Positions 10,784 through 20,887 of a stretch of 64,000 nt of DNA are shown here, piece by piece. The DNA is from Candidatus Omnitrophota bacterium (GTDB lineage: Bacteria; Omnitrophota; Gorgyraeia; Zapsychrales; Fredricksoniimonadaceae). Made by a program: the position numbers and the translations under genes. Every line of letters starts with the position of its first letter. Position 1 is the stretch's first letter. Where the stretch lies: positions 1,775 through 65,774 of the forward strand of contig JAGWOI010000010.1 of assembly GCA_028870995.1 (NCBI GenBank). The letters are read 5' to 3'. The notes beneath the pieces are model-generated. The model was not told where the DNA came from. It searched no databases and saw nothing but the letters and a program-made list of their open reading frames with translations.

Positions 10784-11653
10784 ATGGTCATTGACATTTA
10801 TAAAAACAAGGGAGAGTACCCGGAGCCTCGATTGCCGCAGATAGAACACAGCAACATCCTCAAAGGCCAAAAAGCCCTAGTCACCGGCGCTAATTCCGGT
10901 ATCGGCAAGTCCGTGGCCTTAGGCCTGGCCAAGGCCGGTGCCGATGTAGTGATCAACTATGTCGTTGATAACGACAACACCGTCGATCAAATGATCAAGG
11001 AAATGCAGGGTTACGGCGCTGAAGCCATGGGTTTTCAGGCGGATGTGTCTCAAGAGGACCAGGTCAAGCCGATGTTTGAGGCCATGTTCAAAAAGTTCGG
11101 CACTATCGATATCCTGGTCAATAATGCCGGCATCCAGCGGGACGCGCCCATCGATCAGATGACCCTGAGCCAATGGCAGCAGGTGATTGGTGTAAATTTG
11201 ACCGGGCAGTTTCTCTGCGCCCGCGAAGCGGTCAAGGAATTCAAAAGGCGGGGTGTAGTTGAAGCCGTTTCCTGCGCGGCCGGTAAAATCATTTGCATGA
11301 GTTCCGTGCATGAAGTCATCCCCTGGGCCGGGCATGTCAATTATGCCGCCTCCAAGGGAGGGATCATGCAGTTGATGAAAAGTATTGCCCAGGAGGTGGC
11401 GCCCTACCGTATCCGTGTCAACAGCATCGGGCCCGGTGCCATCAAGACACCCATTAATCACGCGGCTTGGGCGACGCCGGAGGCTGAGAAGGCGCTCTTG
11501 ACGCTCATCCCTTACCAGCGGGTGGGCGTTCCCGATGACATTGCCCGGGTGGCGGTGTGGCTGGCCTCCGACCTGGCTGATTACATCACCGGCACAACCA
11601 TCTTTGTGGATGGCGGCATGACTCTTTATCCCGGCTTTGCTACAGGAGGCTAA
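10784..11653 (+). CDS. Glucose 1-dehydrogenase-like SDR
   Basis: TGANSGIG, NNAG, SSVHEVIPW, YAASK, DGGMTLYP. Confidence 0.93.
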   Translation: MVIDIYKNKGEYPEPRLPQIEHSNILKGQKALVTGANSGIGKSVALGLAKAGADVVINYVVDNDNTVDQMIKEMQGYGAEAMGFQADVSQEDQVKPMFEAMFKKFGTIDILVNNAGIQRDAPIDQMTLSQWQQVIGVNLTGQFLCAREAVKEFKRRGVVEAVSCAAGKIICMSSVHEVIPWAGHVNYAASKGGIMQLMKSIAQEVAPYRIRVNSIGPGAIKTPINHAAWATPEAEKALLTLIPYQRVGVPDDIARVAVWLASDLADYITGTTIFVDGGMTLYPGFATGG

Positions 11654-13345
11654 TTGGCAACACTTTTGGTCTTTGCTTTTTTGGCCGGTTTTATCACGAT
11701 CCTGGCGCCGTGCATCTGGCCTTTGCTGCCCATCGTTTTTTCCGTTTCTTCCGGCGGGGGAAAGCGGAGGTCTTTAGGTCTAACCCTTGGCGTCATCGGC
11801 AGCTTTACTCTTTTCACGCTTTTTATTTCCTATATTATCAGGATATTTCCCGTCAATCCCAGTGCGTTGCGTCTCATTGCGGCGGTCGTCATTGCCTTGT
11901 TAGGGTTGTCCATGCTCGTCCCGCCGTTAGGGGCCAGGTTCGAGGCCTTTATCAACAGTTTATTGGGTCCTTGGCAGCGGCGTTTTAAAAAAGAAGGAAG
12001 TGGTTTTGGGGCGGGCTTGGTAACCGGTTTTTCCTTAGGCTTAGTCTGGGCGCCGTGCGCCGGTCCTATTTTAGCGACGATCGCCGCCTTGTCCGCCACT
12101 CAAGCCGTTAACGGCAGGGTGCTGGGGGTCACCCTGGCCTATGTGCTGGGGTTAAGCATACCTCTTTACATATTTTCCTCATTGAGTGCGGGCTGGTTTG
12201 GCAAGATGCGGGCCGTCAACAAATACACCGGCCTTATCCAACAAGTTTTCGGGGCGGTGGTGATCGTTGCCGCCATCCTGATCTACACCAACTACGCCCA
12301 ACTGCTGCAGGCCCGGGTGCTTGATCTTTTTCCAGGCTACAGCCGCTTTCTGGGCCAATTTGAAAACAATGCCCGCTTGCAGAAAGAATTGGACCGGTTG
12401 GCGGGACGTGAAAAGTCCGCCCATGAGAGCGGAGAAAAACTTTTGAACGACCTAGGCCCGGCGCCGGATTTTGCCGCCATCAGCCGGTGGCTTAATGTGC
12501 CGGCACCGTTGACCATGAAAGATCTGCGGGGCAAGGTTGTGCTCGTGGATTTCTGGACCTATAGCTGCATTAATTGTGTCCGTACCCTGCCGCATTTGAA
12601 GTCATGGTGGCAGCGGTATAAAAATGACGGCCTGGTGATCGTCGGGGTGCACACGCCGGAATTTGCCTTTGAGCGGGAAACCCAGAATGTCGCACGTGCC
12701 CTTAAGCAATTCGGGATCACGTATCCGGTGGCGCAGGACAATGATTATCGGACCTGGTCCAATTACCACAACCGCTATTGGCCGGCGGAGTACCTGATCG
12801 ATGCCAAGGGACACGTCCGTCGCGTCCATTTTGGGGAAGGGCATTATGATCAAACCGAGGAAGCGATCCGCGCCCTTTTAAAAGAAAGCGGCCGTACGGT
12901 TGGAGGTTCGCTTACATCCGTCAAGGACCGGACCCCGCGCTTTGACCGCACGCCCGAAACCTACCTGGGCAGCGGCCGCATGGCTCGTTTTGTGTCTCCC
13001 GAGGAAGTCCAGGCCGGCGCTCGTGTCTATAGCCTGCCGCCGGAGATCCCGCTCGATCATTTTGCCTATCAAGGGGTATGGGACGTGCAGGGACAATCCG
13101 CCGCGGCAGGTAGCGGTGCGGCCCTGGAGTTCAAGGTCAGGGCCCGCAAGATTTTCCTGGTGGCCGGTCCGGCCAAGGCTGGCAACAAAATCAAGGTGTT
13201 GGTGGACGGAAAGCCGCAGACTGATATAATTTTAGATAGCCAGCGCCTTTATGAAGTGACAGGTTTTAAAAATGTTTCAGAGCATCTGCTTCAGCTGGGA
13301 TTTCCTGATAAGGGGACAAAGGTCTATGCTTTTACTTTTGGTTAG
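11654..13345 (+). CDS. dipZ: DipZ (CcdA membrane domain plus thioredoxin-like domain)
   Basis: PCIWP and WAPCAGP membrane cysteines; DFWTYSCINC; GVHTPEF; TPETYLG. Confidence 0.92.
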   Translation: MATLLVFAFLAGFITILAPCIWPLLPIVFSVSSGGGKRRSLGLTLGVIGSFTLFTLFISYIIRIFPVNPSALRLIAAVVIALLGLSMLVPPLGARFEAFINSLLGPWQRRFKKEGSGFGAGLVTGFSLGLVWAPCAGPILATIAALSATQAVNGRVLGVTLAYVLGLSIPLYIFSSLSAGWFGKMRAVNKYTGLIQQVFGAVVIVAAILIYTNYAQLLQARVLDLFPGYSRFLGQFENNARLQKELDRLAGREKSAHESGEKLLNDLGPAPDFAAISRWLNVPAPLTMKDLRGKVVLVDFWTYSCINCVRTLPHLKSWWQRYKNDGLVIVGVHTPEFAFERETQNVARALKQFGITYPVAQDNDYRTWSNYHNRYWPAEYLIDAKGHVRRVHFGEGHYDQTEEAIRALLKESGRTVGGSLTSVKDRTPRFDRTPETYLGSGRMARFVSPEEVQAGARVYSLPPEIPLDHFAYQGVWDVQGQSAAAGSGAALEFKVRARKIFLVAGPAKAGNKIKVLVDGKPQTDIILDSQRLYEVTGFKNVSEHLLQLGFPDKGTKVYAFTFG

Positions 13346-13346
13346 C

Positions 13347-13754
13347 ATGAAAAAATATCTGCCCTTATTTTTTATCCTGGCCGTTTTTAGCTTGAATGGC
13401 GGGGTTTTTGCCGATGAGACGGTTCAGGCAGACGGTTCCTTCATCGGCCGGGACCCCAAAACCATCAACAGCTCCTTCATGGGGGATGATTCCGCCAGTG
13501 TTGTTAATGCTTCATTTATGGGGGAGGATGTCAGCCAAAGCACAGACAGCCAATTTGTCGGCGCCAATACCAAGCTGTCAGGCCACAATTTCTTTTCCGG
13601 AGACAATTACCGCCAGGATGTCAAAAGCGGGTTGCAGACCCCTTTTGCCGAAGATCATACCAAGGTTCGCAGCGACGGTGCTTTTATAGGCGAGAACATC
13701 AAGCAAAAGACCGACGGTTCCTTTGTCGGCAGCGATTACGGTTACGGCCGGTAA
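13347..13754 (+). CDS. Secreted hypothetical protein with about 8 short SFxG repeats
   Basis: Signal peptide MKKYLPLFFILAVFSLNGGVFA; repeats DGSFIG, NSSFMG, NASFMG, DSQFVG, DGAFIG, DGSFVG. Confidence 0.8.
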   Translation: MKKYLPLFFILAVFSLNGGVFADETVQADGSFIGRDPKTINSSFMGDDSASVVNASFMGEDVSQSTDSQFVGANTKLSGHNFFSGDNYRQDVKSGLQTPFAEDHTKVRSDGAFIGENIKQKTDGSFVGSDYGYGR

Positions 13755-15004
13755 ATCCTTTCCATCGTATCCGGATCAAAACGCAGCCCCCGCAACTGCG
13801 GCGCCAGCCATGCGGTCATGACGGTCACGCCTAAGGTGACGATGCCGCCCAAGGCCACACAAGGGATGGCGCCGATCGCCGCTGCCACCATCCCGCTTTC
13901 AAAAGCCCCCAGTTCATTCGAAGAGCAGATAAAAATCCAGCTCACCGCCGAAATGCGGCCGCGCATGTCGTCGGGCGACAAAAGCCTGACCATGGAGCGC
14001 CGGATCACCATGCTGACCCCGTCGAAAACCCCGCTCAAGGCCAGTGCGGCCAGAGACAGCAGAAAGTTCCTGGAGAAGCCGAAAATAAGCACGCTGACGC
14101 CGAAGCCGGCCACGGCTAAAAGCAGGTTGCGTCCGGCATGGGCAATGGGCGGATGCTTGGTGGCATAGAGCATCATGCTCAAGGCGCCCACCGAGGTGGC
14201 GGCGTTAAGCAGTCCCAGGCCCTGCGGTCCCACATGCAAAATGTCCGTGGCATAAATGGGCAGCAGGGCAATGACGCCCCCGAAAAGGACGGCGATCAGA
14301 TCCAGGGTCATGGCGCCCCACAACGGCTGCTGGCCCCAGACAAAGCGCCAGCCCATGGAAACGCTTTTGAAAAACGGCTCTTTTTCCTTGGGGATGGTCT
14401 GCGGTTTGGGGCCGACGGCCAGGGTTGAAAACCACGATAAAATGAAGAAGGCCGTGATCCATATGTAGCTTCCCACCGCTCCCCAGGCTGCGAAGACAAA
14501 GCCGATAATGGCCGGCCCTATAACGGAACAACTGACCCAGATGCTGCCGATCCAGGACGAAGCGTTGACCGTGATGGTTTTGGGCACGACCTGGGCCTCA
14601 AAAGCTGTCGTGGCCGGATCGGAAAACCCCCGTGCAATGCCTGCCAGGAAGATGACGCTGTAGAGGCCCGTCAACGAATGCGTGTAGGTTTGCCGGGAAA
14701 GCAGGGCCAGGGCCAGAGCGCAGAGGCAGGAGCAGGTCCTGGTCGTCATCAGGATTTTATGCCGTGAAAAATGGTCAGCCACATAACCGCCGATCAGGAC
14801 CAGGGAAAGGGCAGGGACAGCCTCAATCAAACCCAACCATCCCAGGGCCAGGGCGCTGTGGGTAAGCTTATACACCTGAAAGCCGATGACCACCGCCAGG
14901 GCGCGGCTGCCCAGGGTGAAAAATCCCACGGAGCCGATCCAGAAGCGGATATCGCGGTGCCGCAGGGCAGCGGCGAAATAGTTGGATGAAATTTTGCTTG
15001 GCAT
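13742..15004 (-). CDS. MFS transporter (H+ antiporter-like)
   Basis: About 12 TM; GGYVADHFSR motif A; DLIAVLFGGVIALLP; SSNELGAFESG. Confidence 0.92.
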   Translation of the reverse strand: MPSKISSNYFAAALRHRDIRFWIGSVGFFTLGSRALAVVIGFQVYKLTHSALALGWLGLIEAVPALSLVLIGGYVADHFSRHKILMTTRTCSCLCALALALLSRQTYTHSLTGLYSVIFLAGIARGFSDPATTAFEAQVVPKTITVNASSWIGSIWVSCSVIGPAIIGFVFAAWGAVGSYIWITAFFILSWFSTLAVGPKPQTIPKEKEPFFKSVSMGWRFVWGQQPLWGAMTLDLIAVLFGGVIALLPIYATDILHVGPQGLGLLNAATSVGALSMMLYATKHPPIAHAGRNLLLAVAGFGVSVLIFGFSRNFLLSLAALALSGVFDGVSMVIRRSMVRLLSPDDMRGRISAVSWIFICSSNELGAFESGMVAAAIGAIPCVALGGIVTLGVTVMTAWLAPQLRGLRFDPDTMERIYRP

Positions 15005-15033
15005 AACCTGTGGACGTGTTAGATTAAAAAACA

Positions 15034-16302
15034 ATGAACATTAAAACAGTTTTTCGCGCGCTGCGCCATCAAAATTACCGTCTTTTTTTCGCCGGGCAGA
15101 GCATTTCCCTCATTGGCACGTGGATGCAGCAGATCGCGGTCAGCTGGCTGGTCTACCGCATGACCAATTCGCCTTTTCTCCTCGGACTTGTTGGATTTTC
15201 AAGCCAGATCGCCACCTTCCTGCTGGCGCCGCTGGCCGGCGTCATCGCCGACCGTCATCACCGCCACCGTCTTTTATTGATCACCCAGTCGCTGGCCATG
15301 ACTCAGGCCGCCGTCCTTTATGTCGTTTTTGCCCTGCATTTGATCCAGGTCTGGCATATCATCCTTTTAAGTTTGTTTTTAGGGGCGGTGAACGCCTTTG
15401 ATATCCCCGTACGGCAGTCCTTTACCGTGGATATGCTCGATAACAAGGAGGATTTAAGCAATGCCATCGCACTTAATTCCTCCATGGTCAACGCGGCCCG
15501 TCTCATAGGGCCTTCCATCGGCGGTATTTTGATCTCCCTGTACGGTGAAGGGACTTGCTTTTTGATAAATGCCTTAAGTTACATCGCCGTGCTATTGTCA
15601 CTGGTGATGATGAAACTGCCGCGGCGGGAACGTTTAAACCGCCATGAGGCCTCTGTCGCCCGGCAGTTCGCGGAAGGCTTTGCCTACGCGTTTAATTTCA
15701 TACCGATCCGTGCCATCCTGATGCTTTTGTCCCTGGTCAGCATGGTGGCCGGCGGCCTGACTTCCCTGATGCCGGTCTTTGCGCGGGATATTTTTCACGG
15801 CGGGGCCAGGGCCTTGGGGCTGCTGATGGCGGCTTCAGGCATGGGGGCTTTGGCCGGCGCCATTTACCTGGCCGGCCGCAGGACCGTGCTGGGATTGGGA
15901 AGCAAGATCGCCGTCATGGCCACCCTGTTTGGCGTGGCGGTGGTTATTTTTTCCCGCGCTCCCGTTTTGGCGGTCGGCGCGCCCGTGCTTTTGTTGTGCG
16001 GGTTTGGTATGATGGTGCAAATGGCATCCAGCAATATCATGCTGCAGACCATGGTCGAGGAGGACAAGCGCGGCCGGGTCATGAGCTTTTACACCATGGC
16101 CTTCATGGGCCTGTCGCCTTTCGGCAGCTTATTGGCCGGATTTTGGGCGGCCAGGGTCGGCGGCGCCTTCACCTTATTGTTCGGCGGCGCTTTTTCCATT
16201 ATCGGTGCTGTTATGTTTGCCTTATACCTGCCCAAGATCAGGACTTTTGTGAGGCCGCTGTATGTTAAAAAAGGGATCATTGTAGAATCGGTCCAAGGAT
16301 AG
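15034..16302 (+). CDS. MFS transporter (MFS_3 family)
   Basis: FRALRHQNYRLFFAGQSISLIGTWMQ; AGVIADR; RGRVMS. Confidence 0.93.
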   Translation: MNIKTVFRALRHQNYRLFFAGQSISLIGTWMQQIAVSWLVYRMTNSPFLLGLVGFSSQIATFLLAPLAGVIADRHHRHRLLLITQSLAMTQAAVLYVVFALHLIQVWHIILLSLFLGAVNAFDIPVRQSFTVDMLDNKEDLSNAIALNSSMVNAARLIGPSIGGILISLYGEGTCFLINALSYIAVLLSLVMMKLPRRERLNRHEASVARQFAEGFAYAFNFIPIRAILMLLSLVSMVAGGLTSLMPVFARDIFHGGARALGLLMAASGMGALAGAIYLAGRRTVLGLGSKIAVMATLFGVAVVIFSRAPVLAVGAPVLLLCGFGMMVQMASSNIMLQTMVEEDKRGRVMSFYTMAFMGLSPFGSLLAGFWAARVGGAFTLLFGGAFSIIGAVMFALYLPKIRTFVRPLYVKKGIIVESVQG

Positions 16303-16324
16303 ACGAAAAAGAAGGAGAGTGCAT

Positions 16325-16732
16325 ATGGTTAAAATGAGCGTGGTTTATGAAGGACAACTGCATTGCACCTTGACCCACGAACCTTCGGGCAGCATCATTC
16401 ATACGGACGCGCCTAAGGACAATCAGGGCCGCGGAGAGGCTTTTTCTCCGACGGACCTGGTGGCGGCGGCCCTGGGTTCCTGCATGCTGACGGTCATGGG
16501 CATTGTCGCGGGGCGGCACAATATTGACCTTAAAGGCAGTACGGTCGAGGTCAGCAAAGAAATGGTGGCCATGCCGGTGCGGCGTATCGGCAGCATCCAT
16601 GTGGTGATCCGCATGGCGCCCGGCATCCCTCAGGAGAAGCGCTCCATGCTGGAAGCGACGGCTCACAGCTGCCCCGTGCATAAAAGCCTGCATCCGGATG
16701 TGCAGATGCCGATTCAATTTATTTACCCTTGA
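16325..16732 (+). CDS. OsmC family protein
   Basis: TDAPKDNQGRGEAFSPTDL...GSC; CPVHKSL. Confidence 0.92.
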   Translation: MVKMSVVYEGQLHCTLTHEPSGSIIHTDAPKDNQGRGEAFSPTDLVAAALGSCMLTVMGIVAGRHNIDLKGSTVEVSKEMVAMPVRRIGSIHVVIRMAPGIPQEKRSMLEATAHSCPVHKSLHPDVQMPIQFIYP

Positions 16733-16765
16733 AGCTTTCATCTTTGTGATAAAATAAAAAAAATT

Positions 16766-18139
16766 ATGAAGACTTTTTCCTTGGTTGTTTTTTTGTTGCT
16801 CTCCTCCTGTGGATGGGCCCAGGAGGCGGGAACAAGGGCCTATGAAATCAAGGCCCCCCAACCCGTTTATGAAGCGCCCGCCCTTGCCGGCCACATCCTG
16901 CGGGTCATGAAAACCGCCGGTTTCTGGATCGGCCGGCATCCTGCGCCGGACGCGGTGATCATGAGCCCCGATCGAATTGACCGATTCAACAGCTCCTTAC
17001 GCAATGATAAGAAATTGACCAAGGATATTTTCAGCCTGGTGGATAATTTAAAGACCGAATCATTGCTCGCTGATCTGGAAAAAACCCTTTCGGACATTTC
17101 CGCCAAGTACTACTACACCGCCTCGGGCGTCAAAGCCGATGCCGATTTTATGGACAGGGTCAGGCGCAATATGAATTTAAGCGGGGTGGTGATGGGCCAG
17201 GCCCCCCGTTACGGTCTGGTGGTGCATTTTGCAGCACAGCGTTCTTTGCCGACCCGGGAAGGGCTTTATGAAGAAAAGGGGGATGTTGATTTTGACCAGC
17301 TGCAAAACAGCGCGCTGGATGTGGGCACGCCGGTGGCTGTGGTCCATACTTCGGCCGACGGGCTTTGGTATTACGTAATGAGCGGCCTGAGCGACGGGTG
17401 GGTCGAAGCCAAGAATATCGCCCTGGGGGATGTCAATCAGGTCAAGGAATATGCCGGGGACAATGATTTTGTGGTTGTGATAAAACCTAAGGCCGATATT
17501 TTCCTTAATGAATCCATGACCTCCTTTTACGATTACGTCCGCATGGGAACGCGGCTGCCCCTTTCCGGTGTCGATGACGGCCGGGTGACGGTCAATGTGC
17601 CGGTCATGGACACGGACGGCAGCCTTGCGGTCAAGCAGGCCTACATGAATGCGGAGGATGTCAATACCGGATTTTTGCCTTTCACCGCCCGCAATATCTA
17701 TAAGCAGGCCTTGATGATGTTAAACCAGCCTTATGGCTGGGGCGACATGTACGGGGAGCAGGACTGTTCGCGGTTCGTGGAGATGGTTTTTGCCACCGTT
17801 GGGCTTAAGCTGCCCAGGGATTCCAAGGACCAGATGCAGGCCGGTCATGATATCGTTGATCTCGAAGATCAGGATGAGGACGCGAAGATGGCGGCCTTGG
17901 CCAAGGTTCCTTTTGCCGACACTCTTTTAGGGATGAAAGGACACATTATGCTGTATCTTGGCATGGTGGACGGCAAGCCTTATGCCATTCATGACACGAC
18001 CGGGTATATGAAAAGGGTGGACGGCCGCGAGGTCAAGTATGCTGTTGACCGGGTCATCATTTCGGATTTATCCTTAGGGGCGGACTCCCGCAAAGGGTCT
18101 TTATTAAAAAGGCTTACAAGGCTTGTGTCCCTTGACTAG
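16766..18139 (+). CDS. SH3 / NlpC-P60 peptidase (YkfC-like gamma-D-Glu-diaminoacid endopeptidase)
   Basis: Signal peptide; SH3-like region; PYGWG...DCS catalytic Cys; LPRDS; GHIMLYLG; IHD. Confidence 0.88.
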   Translation: MKTFSLVVFLLLSSCGWAQEAGTRAYEIKAPQPVYEAPALAGHILRVMKTAGFWIGRHPAPDAVIMSPDRIDRFNSSLRNDKKLTKDIFSLVDNLKTESLLADLEKTLSDISAKYYYTASGVKADADFMDRVRRNMNLSGVVMGQAPRYGLVVHFAAQRSLPTREGLYEEKGDVDFDQLQNSALDVGTPVAVVHTSADGLWYYVMSGLSDGWVEAKNIALGDVNQVKEYAGDNDFVVVIKPKADIFLNESMTSFYDYVRMGTRLPLSGVDDGRVTVNVPVMDTDGSLAVKQAYMNAEDVNTGFLPFTARNIYKQALMMLNQPYGWGDMYGEQDCSRFVEMVFATVGLKLPRDSKDQMQAGHDIVDLEDQDEDAKMAALAKVPFADTLLGMKGHIMLYLGMVDGKPYAIHDTTGYMKRVDGREVKYAVDRVIISDLSLGADSRKGSLLKRLTRLVSLD

Positions 18140-19205
18140 TCCCTTGCTCGTCGCTCGAACCTCCGTTAAAAAGCTCCGTGCCCCTTTGTCCCAGCCCTTC
18201 CGCGTGGCCAGCGGGCAGCACGATCAACTGGATAATCTCTTGTTCGTTCTTCATCTTAAAAAAGGCCTTAAAGGCTGCGGTGAGGCTGCCGTGGCCACCC
18301 ACATCACCGGTGAAACCCTTGTACAAACTTCAAAGAATTTAGAGCATGCCGGCGGCTGGCTAAAGGGCAGGACGATCGATGATTATCCGGCCATCTCCGC
18401 CCGGCTGCATGACCGGTTTCCTCACAACAAAAGCGCGGTGGCGGCCGTTGAAATGGCCGTCTTCGATGCCTTGACCCGTCATTTGAATATCCCTTTGTGG
18501 CGGCTCTGGAGTTCCAAACCGAAAACCCTGAGGGCCGACATCACCGTTGTCATCGCCGATCTTGAGGAGACCAAAGAAAAAACGCGCGCGTTTTATAAAA
18601 AAGGCTTCCGCGCCTTTAAGATCAAGATCGGCCGCGACATGGATCTCGATTTCAAGAGGGTTATGGCGGTCAACCGCCTCGCGCCCGGCTCACAAATGAT
18701 CCTTGATGCCAATCAGGGGTATTCGGCCCGGCAAACCCTGCAATTTTTGAAAGATTTGCAAAAAGCGGGGCTGGTGCCTGACTTGATCGAGCAGCCGGTG
18801 CCCAAGGCGGATTGGGAGGGTCTCCAAAAGGTCACCCGCGAAACCAAGGTATGCGTGTGTGCCGACGAATCGGCCTCGTCCCTGGCCGATGCCTTGCGCA
18901 TCATCAAGGCCAGGGCCGCGGGCGCTATTAATATCAAATTGATGAAAACCGGCATCGTGCACGCGGTGGAGATCAGCCGCCTGGCCCGTGCCGCCGGCAT
19001 CAAGCTTATGATCGGCGGCATGATGGAATCAAACCTGGCGATGACAGCGTCAGCCCATCTGGCCGCGGGTCTGGGGTGTTTTGATTTTATCGACCTGGAT
19101 ACGCCGTTTTTTATTAAAGGGGAAGTAGGCCGCAACCCGTATCTTTCAAGTAACGGGACCTACGATTTAAGCATGGTTAAAGCCGGAATCGGTATCGATC
19201 TGTGA
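18123..19205 (+). CDS. L-Ala-D/L-Glu dipeptide epimerase (enolase superfamily)
   Basis: FKIKIG; LDANQG; IEQP; ADES; NIKLMK; GGMMES; DLD. Confidence 0.92.
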   Translation: MCPLTSPLLVARTSVKKLRAPLSQPFRVASGQHDQLDNLLFVLHLKKGLKGCGEAAVATHITGETLVQTSKNLEHAGGWLKGRTIDDYPAISARLHDRFPHNKSAVAAVEMAVFDALTRHLNIPLWRLWSSKPKTLRADITVVIADLEETKEKTRAFYKKGFRAFKIKIGRDMDLDFKRVMAVNRLAPGSQMILDANQGYSARQTLQFLKDLQKAGLVPDLIEQPVPKADWEGLQKVTRETKVCVCADESASSLADALRIIKARAAGAINIKLMKTGIVHAVEISRLARAAGIKLMIGGMMESNLAMTASAHLAAGLGCFDFIDLDTPFFIKGEVGRNPYLSSNGTYDLSMVKAGIGIDL

Positions 19206-20362
19206 TCCATCATTATTTTCTTCTCGCCCTTATCCTTGCCGCTGTCGAATTCGGCGTTTTGTATTTGGCCGGCCATAAGCGCACGAAATTCCTTTTCAAA
19301 TTCCTGCCGGCGATGTTTTGGATCTATTTCCTGCCCATGGTGCTGTCCACCTGCGGGCTTATCGATCCTAAAAGCCACCTGTACGCCCAAATCACCAAAT
19401 ATCTTTTGCCGCCGGCATTGTTTTTGCTGCTTTTGGAGCTGGACATCAAATCCGTCTGGCGCCTGGGGCCAAGGTCGCTCGTCATGTTCTTTGCCGGCTC
19501 CTTCGGCATCATGCTGGGCATGGTCATCAGCTTTATTATCTTTAAACCGCTCGTAGGACCGCAGTTCTGGGCAGGGTTCGGTGCCTTGTCCGCCTCCTGG
19601 ACCGGCGGCAGCGCCAACATGATCGCGGTCAAAGAAGCGCTGAACACTCCTGATGCCGTTTTCTTGCCTATGGTCATTGTGGATACGGTGGTGCCTTATA
19701 CGTGGATGGGGATATTGGTGGCCCTGGCCGGCCGCCAAAAGGAGTTTGATGCATTTACCCGTGCCGACCGCCGGATCCTGGATGACCTTGCCCGGCGTAC
19801 TGAGGATTTTGCTCAAACCAAAAAACAGCCGGTACAATGGGTTAGGGCAGTTTTAATCATAGGTCTGGCCCTGCTCGTATCAAGGTTTTGCCAAATGTTT
19901 TCGCACATGCTGCCAGCTGTCCTTTCCCCCTATGCCTGGAGCATTATTCTGGTCTCCAGCGCCGCCATTGTGATGTCAACGACCCCTGTCAGGACCATTC
20001 CGCAAACCGGAGCGCATCAGTCAGGCAAATGGGTCCTGTATTTTGTGTTGACATCGATCGGCGCCCGGGCCAGCTTAAACCACGCGGCTATGGCCGGTGT
20101 CCTGATCGTGGCCGGGGCCCTGGTGATCATTATCCATTTGGCGGTATTGCTGGTCACGGCACGGCTGATCCGGGCGCCGTTGTTTTTGGTGGCCACGGCT
20201 TCCATGTCCAATATCGCGGGACTGGTTTCCGCTCCGGTGGTGGCGGAAATTTATCAGCCCGGCTTTGCCTGTGTGGGGCTGCTGCTGGCCATTCTAGGCC
20301 ACAGCCTTGGCGCCTATGAAGGGATATTTACCGGAAAAATCTGTCATTTATGGGTGCATTAG
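19202..20362 (+). CDS. DUF819 family membrane protein
   Basis: ASWTGGSANM.AVK; AS.SNIAG..SAPVVA. Confidence 0.88.
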   Translation: MIHHYFLLALILAAVEFGVLYLAGHKRTKFLFKFLPAMFWIYFLPMVLSTCGLIDPKSHLYAQITKYLLPPALFLLLLELDIKSVWRLGPRSLVMFFAGSFGIMLGMVISFIIFKPLVGPQFWAGFGALSASWTGGSANMIAVKEALNTPDAVFLPMVIVDTVVPYTWMGILVALAGRQKEFDAFTRADRRILDDLARRTEDFAQTKKQPVQWVRAVLIIGLALLVSRFCQMFSHMLPAVLSPYAWSIILVSSAAIVMSTTPVRTIPQTGAHQSGKWVLYFVLTSIGARASLNHAAMAGVLIVAGALVIIIHLAVLLVTARLIRAPLFLVATASMSNIAGLVSAPVVAEIYQPGFACVGLLLAILGHSLGAYEGIFTGKICHLWVH

Positions 20363-20553
20363 TATAAGTTTTATCTTTTAAATAAAGCATTGTCATGATA
20401 ATATTTATATACCCAAGAGCTATTATTGGGATTTTTTTATTGTCTGCTTAAGGCAGATATAAAAATTAGAGAAAGGCCGCTTTTCTAAAAAAAGTTAAGG
20501 TAGCGGCACTGTTCTAGAAGAAAAATTTATTAATCTAGAGGAAGGTAGGGTCT

Positions 20554-20874
20554 ATGGCTGCTTTACACCTGGATGAGAAAAATTTCGAGGCTGAAGTTGT
20601 CAATGCAACACAGCCCGTATTAGTGGATTTTTGGGCGGAATGGTGCGGCCCCTGCAAGATGATCGCCCCCATTATCGAGCAGCTGTCGGTTGAACTGCAG
20701 GGCAAGATGAAGATCGCCAAGGTCAATGTGGATGAGTCGCCGCAGCTGGCAGGTGAGTTTAATGTGATGTCCATTCCGACGCTGTTGATTTTCAAGGGCG
20801 GCAAACCGGTAGATCAAATTGTTGGGGCCATGCCCAAAGACAGATTGTTGGCGAAATTGAACCCGCATCTTTAA
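20554..20874 (+). CDS. trxA: Thioredoxin
   Basis: WAEWCGPC; SIPTL. Confidence 0.97.
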   Translation: MAALHLDEKNFEAEVVNATQPVLVDFWAEWCGPCKMIAPIIEQLSVELQGKMKIAKVNVDESPQLAGEFNVMSIPTLLIFKGGKPVDQIVGAMPKDRLLAKLNPHL

Positions 20875-20887
20875 CAGTAGGAGATGT

